64,000 nucleotides of DNA from Octopus sinensis (taxonomy: Eukaryota). Each line of letters opens with the position of its first letter. Within the stretch, counting starts at the first letter, position 1. The notes beneath the pieces were generated by a model, which saw only the letters and a list, made by a program, of their open reading frames with translations, was not told the origin of the DNA and did no database searches. The stretch is from contig NC_043002.1 of the NCBI RefSeq assembly GCF_006345805.1, positions 79,236,001 to 79,300,000 of the forward strand, in the 5' to 3' direction. Positions 12,330 to 25,554 of this stretch are shown here, piece after piece. Both the position numbers and the translations under genes were made by a program.

Positions 12330-13005
12330 CGGTTAACGAATGGCTAGTTAATTAGTTTAACTGTTAAACATTTATATTTGTCAAATAGTTATATTTATCG
12401 AAGTCCCTTGTAGCCTTTCGTTATGAATGGCATCAGAAGGACTTTGATATACGTAACTGATTGGATGATTAATCAAACGGTTAATCGAACAATCAGTTAT
12501 TTGGTTAAATAGTTTACCAACAAACGAATATTATAGAAGTGAAGTAGAGGCAGCGTGTGTATTTATTATTGGCATAATGACCCGGTCCCTGAGATGTAAG
12601 AAAATCTCTTTCAACACACGAGTTCTCACCAAGAGTCTTGCACCCTGAGATGCAAGAAAATCTGTTTCAACACACGAGTTCTCACCAAGAGTCTAGCACC
12701 CTGAGATGCAAGAAAATCTGTTTCAACACACGAGTTCTCACCAAGAGTCTTGCACCCTGAGATGCAAGAAAATCTGTTTCAACACACGAGTTCTCACCAA
12801 GAGTCTTGCAACCTGAGATGCAAGAAAATCTGTTTCAACACACGAGTTCTCACCAAGAGTCTTGCAAAGAAAATACAAAAGCGAAACGTCCGAAAATTTA
12901 TTGTGACCGAAAAAGCTTATCAGAGACGCGATGAAGTTGTCCAACTATACAAAGGAAAATAGACTCTATAAACCAGTTCAGTAACTTCAGATTCCCCATG
13001 TTCTG
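12330..13005 (+). mobile_element. Decayed 5' part of a probable Tc1/mariner (DUF4817-type HTH) element
   Basis: ATG 12577 gives MTRSLRCKKI..TKS..RKF; homologous to 44900-45172. Confidence 0.45.
12587..12866 (+). repeat. 56-bp minisatellite x5
   Basis: Unit CCCTGAGATGCAAGAAAATCTGTTTCAACACACGAGTTCTCACCAAGAGTCTTGCA at 12587, 12643, 12699, 12755, 12811. Confidence 0.95.
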
Positions 13006-13072
13006 GTCCGCGACCTGTTCACTGACAAAAATCCGTGCTGCACGGATTTTTGTCAGTGAACAGGTCGCGGAC
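13006..13072. repeat. Perfect 33-bp inverted repeat, 1-nt spacer
   Basis: GTCCGCGACCTGTTCACTGACAAAAATCCGTGC-T-exact reverse complement. Confidence 0.95.
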
Positions 13073-13098
13073 TTTAGCGACGAAAATATTTTGACAAA
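13049..13098 (+). ncRNA. Hammerhead-like fold with G3:C8 core variant
   Basis: UUUGUCA-GUGAACA-G-GUCGC(loop)GCGAC-GAAA-AUAU-UU-UGACAAA; 7-bp helix I, 5-bp helix II. Confidence 0.65.
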
Positions 13099-13202
13099 TT
13101 AAACTTAAATGTTGAAGTGAATCGAACGGCTTTGGTGTGTTTCTTAAATGGCTTATAAACACCTTCCACGCTGCAATTGTTATTTATATATATATATATA
13201 AT

Positions 13203-13236
<34 letters not shown>

Positions 13237-13994
13237 CACGCACATACTATATACATTAATACACGCAGACACACACACATACGCACAAATACAAATGTTG
13301 GAACGATATATGTCATACCTATATATGTGTTTATATATATAAGCATTCATAAAACCGTAAATACAAGTATGTGTGAATGAGCGACTGTGCGCAAACATTG
13401 GCGAGAAAATCGAACAACTGTTGTTTTCAAATCAAAATACCCTGGGTGATAGCAGTTTCCAACTGAGTTACACAAACAATCCCTTGTCTCTCCCCCAAAC
13501 AACAGAAAATACAGTGAAATACAGTGAAATAGTAATTCGACAACTAGAAACTTACAACCAACGACACTATTAATCACCAAATGCACGACAGAAATTAAAT
13601 GAAATTAAATGGATGAGGTAAAACTGGCGCAATACCATGTATAAAGTTGAACGCGTAATTGTGGACAGTTTCATTCCAAGACGAATCTTATTTAACGATA
13701 TAAATTATGACTTGTTGGTTAGAGCTAAGTATAATCAACACTTGGTATGTTGCCGTCAGGTTTTTTCTGTTCGTAAGTAAATTAATTAGGTTAGGTGTCC
13801 TGTTCAGTTTCGAGGAGAGTCGAACTGAAGCTCCAGCTTCATGAATGAAATTTTTTTTTGTGTGTTTCATGAGAACAATACAATTGAAAACGATGAATGA
13901 ATGAATAAAATACAAAAGATTCCTCTTGAGATTAAGACATCATTTACAGTTAGATAGACAAATCAATAGGAAGTCAATTATGTAGCTGATTACG

Positions 13995-14073
<79 letters not shown>

Positions 14074-14218
14074 CGCTAGTGAATTTACTGACGTTAGTTA
14101 TAAGGGTATGGATGTAATAAAACAAATAAATCCAGTAGACTCCTTCTATGTGGCAATGGGAACGTTGAACAGCTCGCATATCTGCGAACTCATAGGATTA
14201 TATATATATATATATATA

Positions 14219-15915
14219 CTGGGCATCTTAAGAAAGTGATTATGTCAGTTCTTTTTGGTATGTAGAGAGATGATGCTTTAGCCATCTCTAGAGGTGCAAA
14301 CGGGTTACACCCTAGATAGGCTTAGAAAGGACATAATTCACACGCTGAACTCCCTCGATCTTAAAAATGCAATCGAAACCAATCTTATCATAATTAACTT
14401 TTTTAGATGTTACGTCAGTTTTTGGTACCTGTTCATATAGGCCCTACCACAAACCAAATGAAAGGATGACGTACATATTAGCACAGCTTCCTTCCATCAA
14501 TTGTGCTTAAGAACCTGTTGAATTTAAAACCTGTCAGCATGATAATTTCGAACGTGTCACCGAATTAAGAGAGTTTCGACGCTGCAGCTCCCTATTACAA
14601 CAAGGCTTTGGCAACCAGCGGGTTTAAGGACCGCGTCTCCTTTATACTAGAACCTAACACCCACAAAAGAAAGCGTCACCGTAAAGGCATTTGGTTTGTC
14701 CAACCCTTCTCACTCAAGATCTTCAGATTAGGGAATAAGCATTTAATGCAGTCCCATATGTACGGAGGATTATTTAATAGACACAACTTAAGGGTCCCAT
14801 TCAGATTTTAGTGAACACTCCTAAACCCCACACAAAGGCAGAAGGTTCATGCAGAGTTAACACTGACTGCCCAATGGGAGATCGTTGCAACGCCGAATCC
14901 GTGGCCGCGAAAGCAGCAACACTAACAGTAGCACTAACAGCACGCCGGCAGTAAGAGGAGCAACGGCAGCGATAGTAGCAACAAAAACAACAGCAGCAGT
15001 ATCAATAGCATAAAGACACATACACGGAAATATGTTGGAGCGGTGACTAAACAGCCACAAGACCTATTTTAGGATCCTAGAGAAGCGCAATGTTAAGACT
15101 TTGGCTAGCTACATATGGCATTTAAATGAAGAGGGTACGTCATACGGCATTAAATAGAAGCTCCTGGAACAACCCGGATCATACCTCAACAGGAGCAGAC
15201 AATGTAAACTTTGCTTAACCGAGAGAACAAAGATTATATACACTGGGTCCTACCTTTTAAGTTTAAAATTTAGTTAACGGAATTTCTTCTATAAGAAGAA
15301 TTGTGTTTTTATTTCTTTAAGAAATATTGTTTAATTCTGTTTGATTATTTCTTAAAAATATATATCTATTTAACTATTATTGTTGACCTGAGGAGTGACT
15401 ATATCTTAAAATTGAATTGTTTTTGGATCGTTTAACTTTAAATTTAATTGTAATTCAAATTGAAGATATAGCCACGTAACGTACGTAGTCTATTTACTAA
15501 TTATATATTGTTTATTTATTATTATGTACTTTATTGTGATCTAGATAAATGTTTTATCATATTTTTTTTTCTATATGGTGTGATTTATGTCTATCATTGT
15601 TTGAATACATATAGTGGTTTTTCTCTAATATAGGTATAGTATATATTATATATATATTTAATATACATATACATATATAGAGGTATGACCTGTAGGTGGA
15701 CATTTGCTAAATTTTCTTGAGAACATTCCTTCTTAGTGGTAAGACCACATCGGACTTTCTAGCATGAAGGAGGTCCACTTACAAGTCATCCCTCTTATAT
15801 GTATATAACATAATTTTTTCTGAAACTTCAGATTTTTCTATATGCTAGACCACTGGTTTTAAATTGATATTAATCAAATTAATATTCAATTTTTTCACCC
15901 TTATTTTAAATTTAT
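14219..15915 (+). mobile_element. 5'-truncated Penelope-like retroelement (RT, GIY-YIG C-terminus, pLTR), pseudogenised
   Basis: GM*RDDAL (YRDD), INFLDVT..YRPYHKPN, ALATSGF..RKRHRKGIWF, LASYIWHL...CKLCLTER; (TA)n flank; hammerhead downstream. Confidence 0.85.
15385..15490 (+). ncRNA. Hammerhead motif in PLE pLTR, core mutated (GUAA for GAAA)
   Basis: GAC-CUGAGGA-GUGACUAUAUCUU...AAGAUAUAGCCAC-GUAA-CGUACG-UA-GUC. Confidence 0.65.
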
Positions 15916-15917
15916 AC

Positions 15918-16021
<104 letters not shown>

Positions 16022-16040
16022 ATATACACACACACATACA

Positions 16041-16074
<34 letters not shown>

Positions 16075-16108
16075 CATACATACATACATACATACATACA
16101 TACATACA

Positions 16109-16390
16109 TTATGGCTGTCCCCTCGTTATCGAGTATGGTCATTGCACGAAGCTTAACTGTTACTGGTGCTGTGATCTAAAGATCTACAATGTCTTGTACA
16201 GAATTGGCAACTAAACCTTTACCGGTAATAGCCGGTTGTAGTTGTAACTGGGCTTCATGTACCTTTGCATGTTGTTTAAGTCTTCCTGCCGAATTACCCT
16301 TTCTTCTACATGCCTGACAGATATGATTAGTATGGTGTGTTACACCACCACCAGCGGCCAGTTTGTCACTCATCTGTCTCGCTTTATGAC
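16109..16390 (-). mobile_element. 3' end of RTE-like LINE with C2H2 finger remnants, between (CATA)n arrays
   Basis: CQACRRKGNSAGRLKQHAKVH, frameshift, CQFCTRHCRSL; terminal CTCGATAACGAG hairpin then (TATG)n. Confidence 0.6.
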
Positions 16391-16735
16391 TACATACATA
16401 CATACATGCATGCATACATACATACATACATACATACATACATACATACATACATACATACACATACATACATACATACATACACACACACATACACACA
16501 CACACACATACACATATATCTCAACTGATTAATATATAATGACTGACTGTGAAACATTAGTTTTAGCGATCTCATATACAACTACCTGTCTCACAATTTA
16601 TTCGGCCGTGTGTTTTGACGAATGACTGTACACACACACACACACACATACATGCACACGCGCACACACAAGTATATATATAATAGGTATGCATGTTATA
16701 TATGTGTTGTATGTATACATACATATGTATATATA

Positions 16736-16780
<45 letters not shown>

Positions 16781-17516
16781 ATATATATATATATATCTGT
16801 AAGTGTGTAAATATACATATATATATGTATTATGAATATATGTGTCTGTCGTTATCCCTTGATTATGCGATTAATTAATCCCCCCGATATTCGTGCGCAA
16901 ATCAAAACCGCTTTAATCAAATTTAATTATCAATTGGCATAATTATAAATAATCCCGAAAAAAGATAGAAAAAAATGGAATTATTCTTAATTATTTGTTT
17001 TTTCTTAGAGAAAAAATTATCAAGCGTTAGTTGAACTGTTTAACTGTTTTCTTCTCCGCATATATTTCGCGATAACAACTAATTTTAATATTTAAACCCC
17101 GCCAAACGACTATACATCTGTCGACATGAGGTTCCACCTCCATTAATCGTCGTTTGATTCCATTCTGTTTCTGGTAAAAAAAAAAAAAAAAATCCATCAA
17201 GTTCTTTCACTGTCATATCCTTCGAGACATTTTCCGTTTCTTCGCATTATTTCACATTATTCTTATCCCCATACTCATCCTTCATTACCATGATCATCAT
17301 CATGATCATCTTCATCATTATCATCATCATTTTCATGGTCATGAACATGAATATGATCATCATCACCATCTTCTTTGTCTTTTTTTCGTTTTCTTCTTTT
17401 CTTTATTGTCACTATTGTCGTCGTCGTCGTCATCGTCGTCGTCGTCGTCATCGTCATCGTCATCATCATCATCGTCATCGTCATCATCACCATCATCATC
17501 ATCATCATCATCATCA

Positions 17517-17572
<56 letters not shown>

Positions 17573-18088
17573 TCATCATCATCCATTATCTCTTCTTCTT
17601 CTTCTTCTTCTTCTTCTTCTTCTCGCCCTCTCCCCCTCATGCTCGATTTCAATGAAATTATCACCACTTAAACTATTTTTCAATGTTAAACCAATAAATC
17701 AGAAAGACTTTCTCGAATGAACATGCCATCGAAGCCAAGGACTCGATGCGAATAACAATTCCCGCATCAAACCAAACACAATCTCACAAATCTCTTTGTA
17801 TCAACCCACACCCTACAAACTCATAATTTCTGTTTCTCCTACTCTATTCCCCTTTCTCTAAATCTACGTTCCTGACATACCTATGCTACACTAAATTATC
17901 ATATCACATAGATACCCTTACCAACTAAAAACAGTCTGACATAAAGTCAAAAACCCCACCACAGTTTGATGCAGGCGAGTAAGTCGCAACTTCTAAGTGA
18001 CTATCAACTTGTTACTTGTAAATTTTTGATAAAAATGAACTCTAGTAAAAAGTATTCAGTAATCCTTCAGTTTAATTGTTTTTATATA

Positions 18089-18762
18089 CAGTAATCTATC
18101 GACTATCGCGGGTGTTACGTTCCAAAAGCCCCCGCGATAGGTGAAAGTCCGCGAAGTAGAAACAGTACTGTACTCCTTTACTCTTTTACTTGTTTCAGTA
18201 ATTTGACTGTGGCCATGCTGGAGCACTGCCTTTAGTCGAGCAAATCGACCCCAGGACTTATTCTTTGTAAGCCTAGTACTTATTCTATCAGTCTCTTTTG
18301 CCGAAACGCTAAGTTACGGGGACGTAAACACAGCAGCATCGGTTGTCAAGCAATGCTGGTGGGTGGGTGGGGGTAAGGTGGGGGGCGGAACACCGACAAA
18401 CAAACATATAAACGCACACATACATATATATATATATGTGTGTACATATATACGTCGGGCTTCTTTCAGTTTCCTTCTACCAAATCCACTTACAAGGCTT
18501 TGGTCGGCCCGAGGCTACAGTAGAAGACACTTGCCAAAGTTGTCCCGCAGTGGGACTGAACACGGAACCATGTGGTTCGTAAGTAAGCTACTTACCACAC
18601 AGCCACTCCTACGCCTGTATATTGTATGTATATGTACTGTATATATTTCTTTAATTATTTTTATAAATTGTATATATTTATTTTATTGTAAATGTAAAAC
18701 AACACCACGGAGGAATCGACTTAAGATTAGATAATAAACCGCGATATGTCAAGGGATTACTG
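18089..18762. mobile_element. Tigger-like MITE, TA TSD, interrupted by SINE B
   Basis: TIRs CAGTAATCTATCGACTATCGCGG / CCGCGATATGTCAAGGGATTACTG, TA both sides. Confidence 0.75.
18172..18616 (-). mobile_element. SINE family B, full length
   Basis: Head to tail match with 25069-25488. Confidence 0.9.
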
Positions 18763-20444
18763 TATACCTTGACATAAAAATAGGCATTAATACATATTCT
18801 ACGACCCCCGTCTGTCATGGTTGAAGGTCCTAGTTGTTCGCCCCTCTGGAGCAGTGTTCTCTGTGGTTGAATCGACGAATGGGTGAATAACAGTCTCTGC
18901 CATAAAAGCCGCATTTGTGAGCTGTCTCGGGGCTTTTTGACTCACAGTGATTTTTTCTTCTATGGATCTGCCTTTCCTCCGTTGCATTCATCAACCTCAA
19001 CTGTGCAAGGCATCCGATAGCGCTCAAACCCGGGCAGTATGGTATGGAGGAGAGGTTGTTGCCCATGCAGTGTGTCCTCACCCTCCAAGTCACTGATGGA
19101 CGTGTTGCAAGGTTGTTTTGCGGGTGGCTGTGTGTAAATGATGTAACGACATCTCGCGAACAATTAACGGTGATTTTTATTTCACCGCACCAATAAATTT
19201 TCATATTGGTCACGAATTAGGAATTGCAACAACAAAGTCGACACACTGGAAATGATAATTCTGCAGTTTTTACATACATACACACGTGTGAATGTGAGCG
19301 TGGATGCATTAAGGCACGCCTAGTGCTGTATTTGCGCGCATGTGTGCGAGAATACCTGTTATTTGATTGAGGGATTGCTCTTTGAACAGATTCTTACACA
19401 GATAGAATGATAATTCATGAGAGATATGTGACAAGATGGAGAAAGATAAGACCTAAAAGAAAAAATGAAAATACAGCTGGCTGTACACCACCATTGCAAT
19501 CACTTACATACAAACACACATGGGGGTACACACATGCACAAATGTGGCGAGCCACACCACTAAAAAAATCATAGGCGTGCCTTTCAGGAAGTCCCACGGG
19601 CCGCAGATTGTTTATCACTGGTTTAAGACTATGAAATACCTTCGCCAGGAGAGGTATAAAGAAAGATGATAATATGTTATACTAGTTATGTACACCATAG
19701 TAATTGTATGAAAGCTTGTTATGTACACTCTAGTAAAATATGAAAGCTCTCGAAATATCAAAAACACAAATACTCTTAATTTGCTATGCAAATGACACAA
19801 TCAATGTGCTTGAATTTTCTAAATCAACATTAAAAATATAATTTAAATACTAACTAATGTAAATGAGCTGTTATAGTAATTATATGGATGAATATTTCGT
19901 AGTTTATGGCAAATACACTGTTGTGTAAAGCGATTAACAAGAAGAAGGGTGGTTGGATAAAAAATATAAAGAATCGGATATATGTACTTGTATGTATGTA
20001 TGCATGTATGTATGTATATATGTATGTATGTGTGTATGTTTGTGTCTGTGTGTGTCTTTCTCTGAGTGTGACTAAGTGGGGTGAGGGTGTATTTATATCT
20101 CATTGTATATATTATCATTCTAAACCAATTTTATCAGTTTTATGTACAATCTCTCCAATTACTTTGCGTAAAAAAGATATTTTCTATTATCTCTAATTAC
20201 TATAACAGCAAATTTCTCTAATTTAATTAATAAATTCTATTTTTAATGCTGATTTGGAAAATTCTAGCATTGTTGCAAAATGCTAGCATAGCAACTACAG
20301 AATATTTGTGTCGCTAGATATTTCAACGTCTGTGCTAAAGGTATATATAACATCTCACTTTATATTTTTGCTGATGAAGGTATCACACAGTCAAATACTT
20401 CTACGTACACTTGACTAACACAAACACGAATCATGTCAGAAAAT

Positions 20445-20631
20445 TGGTTTCAATTTTTAGCACAAGGTCAGAAATTTTTTGGGAAAGGGCTAATCGATTA
20501 CATTGATCCCCAGTCCCCAACTGGTACATATTTTATCGACTGGGCAAGGAATTTGAATTCAGAACATAAAGAGGGACGAATTGCTGCTAAAAGTTTTACC
20601 GGGCGTGCTAACGATTCTACTAGCTCACCAT
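20445..20631 (-). mobile_element. Decayed SINE family A
   Basis: ATCGATTACAT..CTGGTAC..GAATTTGAA..GGGCGTGCTAACGATTC. Confidence 0.7.
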
Positions 20632-20920
20632 TTTTAGGAAATGGAATATATTAGAGGTATTTTTATTCCAATTTGTGCCTTAGTTTTATTTTCTAGTATC
20701 CCTTAGTCATAACTGTACTTATAGCACATTACATTTACATATATTATCCGCCTAAATCTGGTTAATTTCATGTTTAGTCATCCCTCTCAATAATTGCTTT
20801 GCATACACACACACACGCACACACACATACACACACACACACGCACATATCTTATATATGTATATAATGTTACATATAAACTTTAGATTAGTTCAGTAGT
20901 TTGTATCATATCTTAACTTC

Positions 20921-21152
20921 TTATTTCTTTATTGCCCACAAGGGGTTAAACAGAGAGGGGACAAACAAGGATAAACAAAGGGATTCAGACGATTACATCG
21001 ACCCCAGTGCGTAACTGGTACTTAGTTTATCGACCCCGAAAGGATGAAAGGCAAAGTCGACCTCGGCGGAATTTGAACTCAGAACGTAAGGACAGACGAA
21101 ATACCACTAAGCATTTCGCCCGGCGTGCTAACGTTTCTGCCAGCGCGCCGCC
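20921..21152 (-). mobile_element. Young full-length SINE family A with TSD
   Basis: Intact head GGCGGCGCGCTGGCAGAAACGTTAGC; flanking direct repeat TTAACTTCT. Confidence 0.9.
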
Positions 21153-21246
21153 TTAACTTCTAAACTTCATATCTTAACTTTATATCTTAACTTCTAAAGG
21201 CAATCTCACTGTAGTTTACCGCGGAGAAAAGTTTTCTCGTTTATGG

Positions 21247-21970
21247 GGCTGATCCAATTCGTTGTGAGGAAATTTTGGTACACGGAAACTATGTGGAAAT
21301 TATGTATATAAACATGTATGGGCAAATATATGCCCCTGAGAAGATCGAACACTTCCTTGACCACCAGCTCGGCCTTGGCGTTTTAGTCAGAGCAGTTGGT
21401 GTCTTTCTCAACTATCGCCCACATAGTAATCTATGGGATTACAATCGGGGGAATTAGGAGGGCTGAAAGCAGCGCTGGTGAATTCGTAGAAATTACCCGA
21501 CAACCAATTCTTCTGGATGTATGGCAAGGAGCCGAATCTCGCTGCCAGAAAAATGCCCTTCCAGCAGCATTCATGCAGGGGTTTAACCTCATTCTCATGC
21601 AGCTTCACATAACCGTCTGAATTTAGCCAAAGGCTTTGTTTAATGATGTGGGGCTGCACATCATTGGAAATACACACAAAGCCCATCACAGTTTGGGCGA
21701 AATTGGTTTTCATGATGTCCATGCCAAGTTTCACAGCCTTCACAGTGTTAACAGAACATTGAGCAGCAGTCATGGAGTCAGCATTTTAATACCCGGCACG
21801 AATCATCATCAAATAGGTAATTCTTTCTTAATATTCAGATGGCTTCCATTTTTTCTCAACTAGAAACTTAATCTTTATGCCCTCCAACGCCGTTGACTGT
21901 TCACCAATACGTCAAGCTGCTCTTGGAAAAAGGAGAGATAAAATATCATCAAATTTAACCCGAACAAGCT
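21247..21970 (-). mobile_element. maT/DD37D-like Tc1/mariner fossil with internal deletion
   Basis: MKTNFAQTVM..LNSDGYV..WLSGNFYEF..PPNSPDCNPIDYYV; HTH region joined directly to DDE region. Confidence 0.8.
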
Positions 21971-22044
21971 GTGTATATATGTGTGTCTATGTATAGATGT
22001 GTGTGTATGTCCATGTATGTATGTGTGTGTGAATGTGTGTATGT

Positions 22045-22252
22045 GCTTTTGTCCCACACCATATAACAATCGGTGTTGGCTTGTTTGAGTCCCCGTATAT
22101 ATTGGTTGTTCAGCAGAAGGGGGCGAATAGAATATGCATCAGGCTTAATATGAAAAAAATAAGTACTGGGGTAGATTTCTTCGATGAAACCTTCAAAAGC
22201 AGTCCAACAGCATGGCCGCAATCCAATGACTGAAACAAGTAAAAAGAAATAA
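22045..22252 (+). mobile_element. SINE B 3' half, diverged
   Basis: CAGCATGGCCGCAATCCAATGACTGAAACAAGTAAAAAG tail. Confidence 0.7.
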
Positions 22253-22259
22253 ACGTAAG

Positions 22260-22298
<39 letters not shown>

Positions 22299-22565
22299 TA
22301 TATGCAAATATATATTCATAATACAAATATAAGTACATATATGTATAGAGATATATATGAGAGCATATACAATACAAAATATATAAAATATATATAACAC
22401 CTCTCTCCCTCCTGTATATAGAATATATTGTATGTATATATTATATATTATATATATATATATCTACATATACGTATATATGTATTATATATATAACACA
22501 CACACACACACACATATATATACATACATGTGCTTTTCTAAAATGATACATACATGCGCATGCAC

Positions 22566-22617
<52 letters not shown>

Positions 22618-23632
22618 TATATAAATATACCAGGGTGAATGTTATTAACTGAGATTAGTGATATGTAAAAAAAAATGCAAAAATAACCACAAACAAAAAA
22701 ATTACAAGTGAATATGTTGCATTATGATGCGGAGATATAGCACACACACACACACACACACGCTCACATACACACACCACACACACACACACACACACTC
22801 ACATACACACACACTCACACACACATGTATACACATTCACTCACATGAGTGTGTGTGTATAATATATATATATAATATATACACACACACATATAGACAC
22901 ACATTATTTTATATTGTATTGCAAACGTGGAATGAATTGATTGGCATGCGAAAATGTTTGCTTCATTCAGTTGAAGTTTTCAGACATGCATCGGTCTTGT
23001 TCGACATATAAGTTCGCTATTGATGGCTACCCCAGGGGAACACTAAAGAGCAGGCGTCAAACTGTGCTCCTGTGCTCTGACGCATGTTTTCTGCATCACT
23101 TCCCGTCTGTGTGCACATAGATTGCTTCATCGCCGTCACAGACTTATACAAACACATACATACATACATACATACATACATACATACATACATACATACA
23201 TACATACATACATACATACATACATACATACATACATACATACACACATACTTAGCAACACGCACTTGTACACACAAGTACAGTCAGAAACACAAACGTG
23301 CGTACACATGCGCACAAACAGGCGCCCACGCACATACACATTAGCCCGCACACACACACACACACACACACATATAATATATATTATATGCATGCATGTA
23401 CATATACATTTGCGTGTATATACATGCATATATGTAAGTATATAATATATATATGTATATATGTAGATGTATTTATATATGTAAGTATATAGATATATAA
23501 TATATATATATATAATATATATATACACACACCTATATATATATATTCAAATATATACATATATATATATGCACATATGAACATATATATATATACATAT
23601 GTATACATTTATACATATATATATAAATATAT

Positions 23633-23710
<78 letters not shown>

Positions 23711-24059
23711 TAGTATATATACATGTATACATATATATATATATATATACATATACCTACACACCATATATATACCTGTAGTGTTATATGTATAGATCTC
23801 ATTGGTCTGTCACGCCATCCATTACAGTTTTCAACTTAACAAAAACCTTCAAGGTTACTTTCCGTATTTTCTTTTTTTACCAGAATTATACTTTTTTAAT
23901 CACGTTGCCCACCCTATTTTCACGCACGCATACATATACGTACAATTATACACGGACGCATAGAAGCATGTACATACATACACACCCATACACACATACA
24001 CACATACACACACACATATATACATGCATATATATATAATGTATATGTATATGTAATGC

Positions 24060-24106
<47 letters not shown>

Positions 24107-24348
24107 AATGTTCATGTAGGTATATGTATAAGACACACATATATGTATGTATACATAAGGGTATCTATATATGTGTATATTAGATAACACACACACTCAC
24201 ACGGATAGAGAGAGAGAGGGGGAGAGAGAGAGAGAAAAGGAGACGTGCATACATACACATACAGCGCACACATCGAGGTACGCAGATATTAAAATGTATG
24301 TATATGTGTACGTGTTTGTCTGTGTGCGTGTATATGTGTATCTATCTC

Positions 24349-24386
<38 letters not shown>

Positions 24387-24417
24387 ATATCTATCTATCT
24401 ATCTATCTATCTATCTG

Positions 24418-24457
<40 letters not shown>

Positions 24458-24468
24458 CTATCTATCTA

Positions 24469-24515
<47 letters not shown>

Positions 24516-24516
24516 T

Positions 24517-24571
<55 letters not shown>

Positions 24572-24744
24572 CTCTATATATATATATACATACACATAGA
24601 TACACGCATACATGTCTATTTGCATATATTTTACTGATATGCTTTTTGGATCTTGCATGCAAATATCCATCAACAATTTGATCAAATTTTTTACAAGATT
24701 TCCCTCGCATTTTCTTGCTTCCAGAGGCTGCAATTATTATTGCA

Positions 24745-25065
24745 ATCGTTAGACCATCGGATTCAATGCACTGAAGTACTATTTTTCCGGACTCTTTATG
24801 TTTTGAGTTCAAACTGCGCGGGGTCTAACATTGCCTTTCCGTCCTCTACACTAAATGAAATAAAGTACCAAGTCAAGTACTGCGGTCAATGTAATTGTCT
24901 AACCCATCCCCCTCAAAATTACTGACCTTGTGTCTTAATTGGAAACCGTTGTTATTATTTAGACACCGAAGGCTGCAAGACAAAATGCATAGCGACATTT
25001 CGTTTGTCTTTCGTCTGAGCTGAAATCCTGCATAAGTCGACTTTGCATTTCATCCTTTCGAGGTT
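24745..25065. mobile_element. Two decayed SINE A fragments, + then -, tail to tail
   Basis: TGAGTTCAAAC..AAGTACCA on +; AAGTCGACTTTGCATTTCATCCTTTCGAGG region adjoining; orientation of second piece uncertain. Confidence 0.45.
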
Positions 25066-25068
25066 GTA

Positions 25069-25488
25069 TAGGCGCAGGAGTAGCTGTGTTGTAAGTAGCT
25101 TGCTAACCAACCACATGGTTCCGGGTTCAGTCCCACTGCGTGGCATCTTGGGCAAGTGTCTTCTGCTATAGCCCCGGGCCGACCAATGCCTTGTGAGTGG
25201 ATTTGGTAGACGGAAACTGAAAGAAGCCTGTCGTATATATGTATATATATATAAGTGTGTGTGTATGTGTTTGTGTGTGAGTGTTTGTCCCCCTAGCATT
25301 GCTTGACAACCGATGCTGGAGTGTTTACGTCCCTGTAACCTAGTGGTTCGGCAAAAGAGAGCGATAGAATAAGTACTGGGCTTACAAAAGAATAAGTACC
25401 GGGGTCGATTTGCTCGACTAAAGGCGGTGCTCCAGCATGGCCGCTGTCAAATGACTGAAACAAGTAAAAGAGTAAAAAGAGTAAAAAG
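25069..25488 (+). mobile_element. SINE family B, full length
   Basis: GGCGCAGGAGTAGCTGTG..GGTTCAGTCCC..CTTGGGCAAGTG..internal (TA)/(TG)..GAAACAAGTAAAAGAG. Confidence 0.9.
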
Positions 25489-25491
25489 GTA

Positions 25492-25554
<63 letters not shown>

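Noticed and set aside
12587-12866. CRISPR-like array
   Set aside because: Units are contiguous with no unique spacers; eukaryotic context, no cas genes.
13380-13620. Neptune-type PLE thumb fragment (YP...TYN)
   Set aside because: Too degenerate to call.
18790-19130. RTE-like 5' region or HDV-like ribozyme
   Set aside because: Could not build the nested pseudoknot; family identity uncertain.
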